This document shows, in pieces, positions 19,286 to 26,875 of a stretch of 64,000 nt of DNA. Below the pieces are notes generated by a model that was given only the letters and a program-made list of their open reading frames with translations, did no database searches and was not told the origin of the DNA. The position numbers and the translations under genes are program-made. The stretch comes from Terriglobia bacterium (lineage in GTDB: Bacteria > Acidobacteriota > Terriglobia > 20CM-2-55-15): NCBI GenBank assembly GCA_963664115.2, contig CAXWPJ010000010.1, positions 352,001 through 416,000 of the forward strand. The letters are read 5' to 3'. Position 1 is the stretch's first letter. Each line of letters opens with the position of its first letter.

Positions 19286-19392
19286 TAACCGCAGAGACGC
19301 AAAGGCGCAAAGGAAGAGAGAAGAGTCAGTTTGTCTTTTCTGAAAATCATTTTTCTTTGTCTTCCTTTGCGCCTTTGCGTCTTTGCGGTTCA
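19286..19392. mobile_element. CGCAAAG-arm inverted-repeat element, copy 8 (short, no core)
   Basis: TAACCGCAGAGACGCAAAGGCGCAAAGGAAGA ... TCTTCCTTTGCGCCTTTGCGTCTTTGCGGTT. Confidence 0.8.
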
Positions 19393-19426
19393 AACTTCTT
19401 GCCTCTTCATATCCATGCCTCTGCGT

Positions 19427-20443
19427 TCATTCTTTTTCTTTTCTGCGGTAGGGCCTGAAATCGACGTTGCATCGGTGGCGCCGCAGGAAGTCCATGAATC
19501 GCTTGTAATCGGTGTCGGGCATATTAAAGAGTCGGACGACCTTTCTGTAGCTACCGTGGGTTTGAACCAGGCCACGCCGGATGACGGCCTCGACCTGTCG
19601 CTTGGTGATCAGACGGTCGGTGTAGGGCCGGGCGACCGATTCCCAGAAATCGTCGACGACGACTGCCTCGACAGGTTCCCGAACCAGGGCATCCGTGGGC
19701 AGCGTGATCGCATCCGGTGCAATAATTTCTGTCTCCGACATGTAGTAGCTGCTTTCAATGACGTTCTGCAGTTCGCGAATGTTTCCCGGGTAATGATAGG
19801 CAAGCAACTTTTCCATGGCATTGGGCGACAGAGTTCTCTCTTCTCCACTGTCGGCATTCAGCGATGCGACGATATGACGCACCAGAAGCGGGATGTCGGA
19901 CCGGCGCTTTCGAAGCGGGGGAACTTCAATCGCAAATACGTTGAGACGGTAGAGGAGGTCTTCGCGGAAATCACCCGAACGCGCCATCGACCGAAGGTCA
20001 CAGTTGGTGGCGGCGATTATGCGGGCGTCGATCGGGCGGTCGACAACGTCACCGAGTCGACGCACCTGCTTCTCCTGAAGCACGCGGAGAAACTTCACCT
20101 GGAATCGTTTGGAAGTATTCGCAATTTCATCCAGGAAGAGCGTTCCCTGGTTCGCTTGCTCAAAAAGTCCGGGTTTGTCGCCGATGGCCGTCGTAAAGGC
20201 GCCACGCCGGTAGCCGAACAGTTCGCTTTCGACCAGTTCTTCCGGAAGGGCACCGCAATCAATGGGCACGAACCGGCGCTGGCGGCGGCTGCACTGATCG
20301 TGAATAGCACGTGCGACCAATTCCTTTCCGGTACCGGTCTCTCCCTGGATCAGAACCGAACTCGAAGTTCTGGCAGCGGCTTGAATTTTTGAGTGCAGGA
20401 GTTCGACCGCATCACTTTGTCCAATCATTTTTGTTCGCATCAT
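19427..20443 (-). CDS. Sigma-54-dependent activator (bEBP) lacking an N-terminal sensor domain
   Basis: MIGQS, VLIQGETGTGKELVARAIH, ESELFGYRRGAFTTA, GTLFLDEI, FREDLLYRLNV, YPGNIREL. The upstream part of the 558-aa ORF is antisense to the ECF gene. Confidence 0.88.
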   Translation of the reverse strand: MMRTKMIGQSDAVELLHSKIQAAARTSSSVLIQGETGTGKELVARAIHDQCSRRQRRFVPIDCGALPEELVESELFGYRRGAFTTAIGDKPGLFEQANQGTLFLDEIANTSKRFQVKFLRVLQEKQVRRLGDVVDRPIDARIIAATNCDLRSMARSGDFREDLLYRLNVFAIEVPPLRKRRSDIPLLVRHIVASLNADSGEERTLSPNAMEKLLAYHYPGNIRELQNVIESSYYMSETEIIAPDAITLPTDALVREPVEAVVVDDFWESVARPYTDRLITKRQVEAVIRRGLVQTHGSYRKVVRLFNMPDTDYKRFMDFLRRHRCNVDFRPYRRKEKE

Positions 20444-20464
20444 GACACTACAGCCGGAGCAGAC

Positions 20465-20992
20465 ATGGAAAAGGTCACTCAAAAATTGGAGCAAGGCAGC
20501 CCGGAGGTTCTCGAAGAGCTCGGTCGCGCAATCCGAAAGATCCATGGCACGCGCGATCCGGATCTCGAGCAGGAAGTCTTTCTCAGAACGCTCAAGGCGT
20601 TTCGGAAGGAAAGAAGGGTCGAGCATCCGCGGGCACTCATATGGAAGATCGCCAAAGACACGGTCGCTGACCATTGGAGGCTCAGGGCGCGGGACCGTTG
20701 GGACCCCCTGGACGAACTCCAGCACCCGGCCGCCCAGGACACGGATGCCGAACGCGACCTCGATCGAAAACGTCGTGTCGAACAATTGCGAAACGGGATC
20801 CTGCGACTTGGATGCGACATCCGGGGATCGGTCTACCTGTTTTACATGGAAGGCTATTCGGTTTCCTCGATCGCGCGGATTTATGGAAAGACGCCCTCCG
20901 CGGTCAAGATGGCCCTCTACCGGGGACGGCGGCAATTGGTGCGAATGTTTCGATCGGACGCGACTAACAAGTCGGGCTTCGAGCGACTTTGA
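20465..20992 (+). CDS. ECF-type RNA polymerase sigma factor
   Basis: Region 2 DLEQEVFLRTLK...LIWKIAKDTVADHWR; region 4 LFYMEGYSVSSIARIYGKTPSAVKMALYRGRRQL. Confidence 0.85.
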   Translation: MEKVTQKLEQGSPEVLEELGRAIRKIHGTRDPDLEQEVFLRTLKAFRKERRVEHPRALIWKIAKDTVADHWRLRARDRWDPLDELQHPAAQDTDAERDLDRKRRVEQLRNGILRLGCDIRGSVYLFYMEGYSVSSIARIYGKTPSAVKMALYRGRRQLVRMFRSDATNKSGFERL

Positions 20993-21102
20993 GGCCCGCC
21001 AGAGCCGTAACTCATTGATCTCAAGACGGACTAAGAATGGAACCCCACGTGAAACAGTCTGAGTCGGGCACACGGTCCGCGATCTGGGAGGATCAACACA
21101 CA

Positions 21103-21285
21103 ATGAATCGACAAATTGTAACGCTCAGCAGCACAGAGCTCATGGGAACAGTCGGCGGTGACTGGAATTGGCACGATTTCTTTGCGGGGGCCACCTGGGG
21201 TTTAGGCGCAGGCTGCGGGATCAGCGGTCACCCCGTTCTGTGTATGGGCGCCCTGTTTACTGGCGGCATAACGATGTTCTTCTAG
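21103..21285 (+). CDS. Bacteriocin-like precursor peptide A (double-glycine leader)
   Basis: GGAGG RBS; leader MNRQIVTLSSTELMGTVGG, then 41-aa hydrophobic core DWNWHDFFAGATWGLGAGCGISGHPVLCMGALFTGGITMFF. Confidence 0.85.
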   Translation: MNRQIVTLSSTELMGTVGGDWNWHDFFAGATWGLGAGCGISGHPVLCMGALFTGGITMFF

Positions 21286-21297
21286 GAGGAATGAACA

Positions 21298-21483
21298 ATG
21301 ACATCACACGTCCAAGACATTTCCGCATTGGAACTCCAGCAAATTGGTGGAGGTGACTGGTTTGAAACCACCTGGGGAATCCTGCTCGGCACGGGATTCG
21401 CTGCCGGCTTCCTCGGTTCGGGTGGACTGCTGACGATTGCAGGAATCGCCGGATTTGGCCTGATCTTCGGTCCCCCGTTCTAA
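21298..21483 (+). CDS. Bacteriocin-like precursor peptide B (double-glycine leader)
   Basis: AGGAGG RBS; leader MTSHVQDISALELQQIGGG, then 42-aa core DWFETTWGILLGTGFAAGFLGSGGLLTIAGIAGFGLIFGPPF. Confidence 0.85.
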   Translation: MTSHVQDISALELQQIGGGDWFETTWGILLGTGFAAGFLGSGGLLTIAGIAGFGLIFGPPF

Positions 21484-21505
21484 GCATTCAACCTCTTCAA
21501 CCCTT

Positions 21506-21529
21506 AGGTGCGCTCGAATGGGCGCACCT
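21506..21529 (+). terminator. Stem-loop after the precursor genes (no U-tract; attenuator or RNA stabiliser)
   Basis: AGGTGCGCTC-GAAT-GGGCGCACCT, 10-bp stem with one G-U pair. Confidence 0.5.
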
Positions 21530-21576
21530 CGCATTCCACCTGGACCTGCGTGCCATGCGCGCACAAAACTAAATCA

Positions 21577-22317
21577 ATGGACGTCTTTCAACTCGAACAA
21601 GCCGTCAAAAAGCGCAGCGACGATTTTGTCCTGGGACCGCTCGACCTTCATCTCTCAGCGGGGGAAATCCTCGGTGTCATGGGCCCTAACGGTGCGGGCA
21701 AAACCACCCTCCTGCGATTGTTGTGGGGCTTTCTGCGTCCGGACGCCGGGCGCGTGTCTGTGTTCGGCAGAACACCCCATCTGGAACAGGTCTGGATTCG
21801 TCTACGGGCGGGCTACCTTCCCGAGTCGTTGAAGTTCTATGACTGGATGACGGTGGATCGATTCCTTGCGTTCATGGCCGGTTTCTATCCGTCCTGGGAC
21901 TGGGGCCATGCCCTTGAACTCCTGGAGCAGTTCGGAATAACTCCCGCCCGGACTATCGGGACCTTATCCAAAGGAAATCGGGTGAAGCTGGGCCTTCTGG
22001 CAGCGGTGGCCCATCGGCCAAAGCTACTGATCCTGGACGAACCGACCTCGGGTCTGGACCCCTTGATACGAATCGACATCCTCCATTTCCTCCGATGCTC
22101 CGCACAAGAAGACGGCACGGGAATCGTCCTGTCCTCTCATGTGTCCGACGATCTGGACCGGATTGCCGATTCCGTTCTGATGCTGAACGACGGCAAGGTA
22201 TTGGAGTATGCGCCGACTAAGGTTCTGCTCGACAAAACCAACGAAACTCAACTGGAGGCTGTGTTTTTGAATGCGGTCGGTAGGATTCCCACATCTCGCG
22301 TTCCACATCGCGCGTAA
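21577..22317 (+). CDS. ABC-2 type transporter ATP-binding protein (putative immunity)
   Basis: GPNGAGKTT, LSKGNRVKL, LLILDEPTSGLDP, LSSH. Confidence 0.88.
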   Translation: MDVFQLEQAVKKRSDDFVLGPLDLHLSAGEILGVMGPNGAGKTTLLRLLWGFLRPDAGRVSVFGRTPHLEQVWIRLRAGYLPESLKFYDWMTVDRFLAFMAGFYPSWDWGHALELLEQFGITPARTIGTLSKGNRVKLGLLAAVAHRPKLLILDEPTSGLDPLIRIDILHFLRCSAQEDGTGIVLSSHVSDDLDRIADSVLMLNDGKVLEYAPTKVLLDKTNETQLEAVFLNAVGRIPTSRVPHRA

Positions 22318-22906
22318 AGACTGGGCCGAAGCGCGTCATGTCGTGATCGCGCTGACCCTGGGTCTTATGGTTCCCGCCCTGCTCGTCCGCTTCGCTCCGG
22401 GCCGTTCGGACGACTTCGCAAAAGGTCTGCTGGCCGGCTTGCTCGCAGGTGCCGGTTTCGGCTACGCCCAGTTCTGTTTCCTGAACGAACGCCAGCGAGG
22501 CACACTGGAGTTTCTGCTCAGCCTTCCCATTGAGCCCCGACAGCTTGTCCTCGCCAAATTCGTCTCCCTGTACTCAATGGTCCTTTTCACCGTAAATGTC
22601 CCTGGCCTGCTCGTCCCAGACCTTCGGCTCGTCTACATCACCAACGCCGCAGCCCTTTCACTAGCAACCGTCTTCATGGCCACAACGGTCATCTCAGACA
22701 AGCCCTGGGCCTCGCAAATACCCATCTGGTTCCTTCTCGTCTTCATCCTCCCCATCCAACGCCTCCTCGAACGCTACTACCCCAACGGACTGCAGCTCTT
22801 CGAAACCCTCACCGCCAACCCCATTCTGTTAGCGACATTCGCCTTGCTCGTCAGCCCGCTCGTTGTCGCTGTATCCGTTTCGATTTTTCACCGCAAAGGC
22901 GCAAAG
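22271..22906 (+). CDS. ABC-2 type permease (putative immunity); no own stop, reads in frame into the GxxExxY gene
   Basis: About 6 TM segments; ERQRGTLEFLLSLPIEPRQLVLAKF motif. Confidence 0.8.
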
Positions 22907-23393
22907 GTGAATGAGAACCCTTTGTCACGGAAGGTCATTGGGGCCGTAATTGAAGTGCACCGCATCTTAGGCCCGGGCCTACTAGAGTCGATTTATCAAG
23001 ACTGCCTCGACATTGAGTTCCGGCTTCGAAGAATCAGGTTCGAAAGGGAAAAGAGAATCCCTCTCATCTACAAAGACCAAGATCTGAGAGAGCGCCTTCG
23101 TATCGACTTTCTCGTCGCAGATGAAGTCGTAATCGAAACCAAATCCGTTCACTCGTTACTGCCCGTACATGACGCGCAAGTGCTCACGTACCTAAAGTTG
23201 ACCGGCTGCAAATTAGGTCTGCTGATCAACTTCAACGTCCCAGTAGCAAGAGACGGAATCAAACGCATCGTAAACCGCCTCTAGCCCCCCCCCTTTTCGT
23301 TTGCATCGACGCCCCCTTTGTTTCCCATTCGGATTCCCCCTCCCCCATATAGAATCGTCTTTCTTCTTTGCGTCTTCGCGCCTTTGCGGTGAA
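22887..23393 (+). mobile_element. CGCAAAG-arm element, copy 9, enclosing a GxxExxY nuclease gene
   Basis: Left arm TTCACCGCAAAGGCGCAAAGG abuts the GTG start; right arm CTTTGCGTCTTCGCGCCTTTGCGGTGAA. Confidence 0.8.
22907..23284 (+). CDS. GxxExxY protein (PD-(D/E)XK nuclease fold)
   Basis: VIGAVIEVHRILGPGLLESIYQDCL, RIDFLVADEVVIETKSV, HDAQVLTYLKLTGCKLGLLINFNV, GIKRIVN. Confidence 0.92.
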   Translation: MNENPLSRKVIGAVIEVHRILGPGLLESIYQDCLDIEFRLRRIRFEREKRIPLIYKDQDLRERLRIDFLVADEVVIETKSVHSLLPVHDAQVLTYLKLTGCKLGLLINFNVPVARDGIKRIVNRL

Positions 23394-23543
23394 CCTCTTC
23401 ATGTCTTCGCCTTGAAGCTCTAAATTCCCCGCTTTATCTCCCCGTACCCACACAAACAAATCGCCGATCAAGCGTCTTTCCCATTCTTGGTCCTATGGTG
23501 TGAGCCGTTTAGCTATGGCCCCCCAACTGCCCTTTCTCCCACT

Positions 23544-25618
23544 GTGGCATACACCATCATTCACCAGCATGACGCCAATGACTGTGGCCCCGCGTGTCTG
23601 GCGATGGTGGCGGCGCATTATGGAAAACGTCAGTCCATTGCTCGACTCAGAGAAAAATCTGGAACCGACCGCCAGGGCACAAACCTCGCAGGGCTAATAC
23701 AGGCGGCCCAGGAAGTGGGCTTCGAGGCCCGTGGCGTCCGCGCCACCCCGGAAGGCCTCACCGAGGTCACGCTCCCCGCCATCGCCACTGGTCCGAAGAC
23801 GGGCGGAACCACTTCGTCGTCCTGTTCAAACAAAGCTCGCGGCGCATTACGATCGGCGACCCCGCCCTTGGTGTACGCAAGCTCACACCCGAAGAATTCG
23901 CTGCGCACTGGACCGGGATACTCGTACTTCTGAAACCCACCCTCAACTTGCGGGATCTATCCACGCCCTCGCTTTCGAAACTGTGGTCCCTGGTTGGCCA
24001 CCATCGAAAGCTCTTCCTGGATGCACTGCTCGCGGCAGTCCTCATGACGATCCTCGGCCTCGCCTCAGCCTTCTTCATCCAAGTCCTCGTCGACTTCGTG
24101 TTCCTTGTTGGAGCCGAACCCACCTTAAACTGGCTCGGCCTGGGCATGCTGCTCGTGCTGGGTGCGCGTGTCGCGTTCCACGGCCTCCGAGCCTATCTCC
24201 TCGCCCACCTCAGCCACCGGATCGATGCGGACATTGTGTTGGGATACCACCATCATGTCCTGGGACTGCCGCTTGATTTCTTCTGGACCCGCCGGACCGG
24301 CGAGATCCTCTCCCGCTTGTCTGATGCGATGAAGATCCGCCTGGCGATCAGCGGGACTGGCCTTGCCGTCATCGTCGACGGCATCACCTTGATTCTGACC
24401 GCCACCATCATGTGCATCCTTCATTGGAAACTGGCCATCGCTTCTCTCGCTCTTTTGCCAGTGCTCGTCGTTGTCCTCTATGGTTTGACGGGGCCTATGA
24501 AACGCGCCCAGCGGACGGCCATGGAGCGGGCCGCACACTTCGAGTCGCACACCGTAGAAGCCGTCAGCGCCATCGATACGGTCAAGGCGTTTCGGGCCGA
24601 AGACCGCATGCGGCTTCGCGGCGAAGTCCGCTTTGGTGAGTTGATCGACGCCACGTTCCGGGCCGAGATCTTTGCCTTGCACGCCTCCACCTTAACAACG
24701 TTTCTGACCGGACTGGCAAGCCTGACGCTGCTGTGGGTCGGCGGGCGCGAAGTCCTCGCCGGTGGTCTGAGCGTCGGTCAGCTCATGGCACTCTTCACGA
24801 TGTTGGGAACCGTTATTGGCCCCGTCGAACGACTGGCCAATGCGAATCAATCCATACAGGACGCATTGGTCGCTGGAGAACGCCTTGGGGAAATTTTTGA
24901 AATAGAGCCCGAAGAAAATCGGGAACCTCAGGAAAGATCGATGAAGGTCGCACGTTCCATTGAAGGTGCCATCGAATTTCAGAACGTGACATTTGGCTAT
25001 GGAAACCGGCCGCCCGTCATCAAAGATCAGAGCTTCCGCATTGACCCCGGCGAATGTTGCCGCATCGTAGGCGCAAGCGGTAGCGGCAAGACAACGCTTG
25101 CCCGGGCGCTGGGACGGTTTCTGAAACCCCACAGTGGGCGTGTCTTAATTGATGCCATCGATGTCAACGATTACACCCTGGAGAGTCTGCGCCGCCAGGT
25201 GGGCTATGTCTCCCAGGACGGGCACATACTGAGTGTCTCCATCGCCGACAACATTCGCCTGGGCCGGGCGGACGCTTCCCCTACAGAAGTCCGCCTGGCC
25301 GCGACCCAGGCCGGAGCCGCCGCATTTATCGAACACCTACCCCTGGGCTACAACTCGCTGGTCGGCGAGCGCGGCACTACCCTATCGGGTGGGGAACGGC
25401 AGCGCTTGCTCCTGGCACGGGCCATTCTTGTCAACCCGCCCATACTGGTTCTTGATGAACCGACCAATCACCTCGACCGGGCATCGACACAGGCAGTCCG
25501 GGAACTGATCGATCAGCGCAAACGCGACCACCGCACAACGATCATAATCTCCCACGACGAACTGCCCGCCCACAGAACGATTGCCATCGACAGCAACACT
25601 TATGCGCTGGCGAACTGA
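23544..25618 (+). pseudogene. Peptidase-containing ABC transporter (C39 PCAT), split by a 1-bp frameshift at ~23786
   Basis: HQHDANDCGPACLAMV (C39 catalytic Cys) in one frame; HWSEDGRNHFVVL, TMD, GASGSGKTT, LSGGERQR, LVLDEPT in another. Adding one C to GCCAC restores LPAIAHW. Confidence 0.88.
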
Positions 25619-26771
25619 GCTTAACCTCGGCGGAAAGCCCCGCCTGGTGGGCGCGACGGTCTACGTCCTTGCCACTCTCCTGGCCATTGCACTCACATGG
25701 AGTTATTTCACTGAAGTGGACGTCGTCGTCCGTGCACCCGGCCTGGTCCGGCCCGATGGCGAAGTCGTTCGAATCACCTCCGAGGTCGCCGGAACCATCG
25801 AGGCCGTCCACGTTGAGGAGGGCGACGCAGTTCACACAGGTGACATCGTCGTCCGGTTGGACAACCAGCAGATCCGTTTGGAACGCGAAACGATAGAACA
25901 CCAAATCGCTCTCGCCGGGGAACAACTCCGGGACCTCGATCGCAGGATCGCGACCACGGCCAGAATCCACGTTCTGGAACTGGAAAAGCTCGACACGGAA
26001 ATCCGCTCAGCCCGTCAAGTCCTGGAACAAGGACACAGGGAACACGCGGCTCAAATGGAATCAGCCTCGCTTCGGCTGGAACAGACACGCCAGGAACACT
26101 TGAGGAACCAGCAATTGTTCGCGGAAGGACTCATCTCCCGGCAAACTTCGGATCGCTTCCGGAACGATTTCAATCTGGCCGAGGCCCAGCACCTGGAAAT
26201 CCTCTATCGGAAACCCACTGACGCATCCTTGCAATCGTTGCTGGAAACGAAAAATTTGATCGATGCGGAACTTGAATCACTCCAACAGGACCTTCGGATG
26301 GAATCCGTGCCGATCGAGGCCCAACGGACCGAACTCCGGTCACGACAACAGCAAGTCGATCAGGAAGCGGAGCGCCGCTTCATTCGCAGCCCGTCTACGG
26401 GCCAGATTACCCTGCTGCCCACAGTACATCCGGGAGAACATATTGCCGCCGGCACTCTGATCGCAACGCTGGCCCCGACACCGGTCCGTCCCATCGTCGA
26501 GGCCTGGGTCCCAAACGCCAAGGCCACGGACCTTCGGCCCGGCCATCCCGCCCGTCTCCGTCTTGACGATTCGGAAACCATAGACGGCATCGTCTTCGCC
26601 GTCAGCCCGGACGTGCGGTTTACCGAGTCCGCGAACGGCGCCTTCCAGGTCCTGATCGCCCCCGACACGCTGGGCCTCCGCCTCGGCCTGGCCGTCGACG
26701 TCCGCCTCATTACACGCCAGGAGCGAGTCCTGACCTTGCTGTTCAACAGAATCGAAAGGGCGTTTGACTAA
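25602..26771 (+). CDS. HlyD family membrane fusion protein
   Basis: N-terminal TM, VDVVVRAPGLVRP, GTIEAVHVEEGDAVHTGD, long coiled coil, IRSPSTGQI. Confidence 0.88.
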   Translation: MRWRTELNLGGKPRLVGATVYVLATLLAIALTWSYFTEVDVVVRAPGLVRPDGEVVRITSEVAGTIEAVHVEEGDAVHTGDIVVRLDNQQIRLERETIEHQIALAGEQLRDLDRRIATTARIHVLELEKLDTEIRSARQVLEQGHREHAAQMESASLRLEQTRQEHLRNQQLFAEGLISRQTSDRFRNDFNLAEAQHLEILYRKPTDASLQSLLETKNLIDAELESLQQDLRMESVPIEAQRTELRSRQQQVDQEAERRFIRSPSTGQITLLPTVHPGEHIAAGTLIATLAPTPVRPIVEAWVPNAKATDLRPGHPARLRLDDSETIDGIVFAVSPDVRFTESANGAFQVLIAPDTLGLRLGLAVDVRLITRQERVLTLLFNRIERAFD

Positions 26772-26875
26772 CTAGTAATTCATACTCGGAAAGCTAACAC
26801 TGGCCTCCAACTGGCCCACATGACAATGCCCGACCCTTGACTCGACTTCTGGCCTACGCACAACGGGTGTACTAG

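Noticed and set aside
19331-20392. 353-aa plus-strand ORF
   Set aside because: Antisense shadow of the sigma-54 activator.
21067-21080. GGCAC-N5-CCGC as a sigma-54 promoter for the precursors
   Set aside because: The -12 box is poor and the implied start (~21092) would cut off the GGAGG RBS; not supportable.
20444-21103. N-terminal 220 aa of the 558-aa bEBP ORF as a sensor domain
   Set aside because: It overlaps the ECF sigma gene on the opposite strand and has no domain features.
22911-22920. TGAGAACCC shared between the GxxExxY 5' end and the element core
   Set aside because: Only 9 nt with no further alignment, so the cores cannot be called decayed GxxExxY genes on this basis.
2829-23393. 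CGCAAAG repeats as a CRISPR array or simple terminators
   Set aside because: They are dispersed inverted pairs kilobases apart with homologous interiors and no cas genes. They are too long for plain terminators, lack consistent U-tracts, and occur between divergent genes too.
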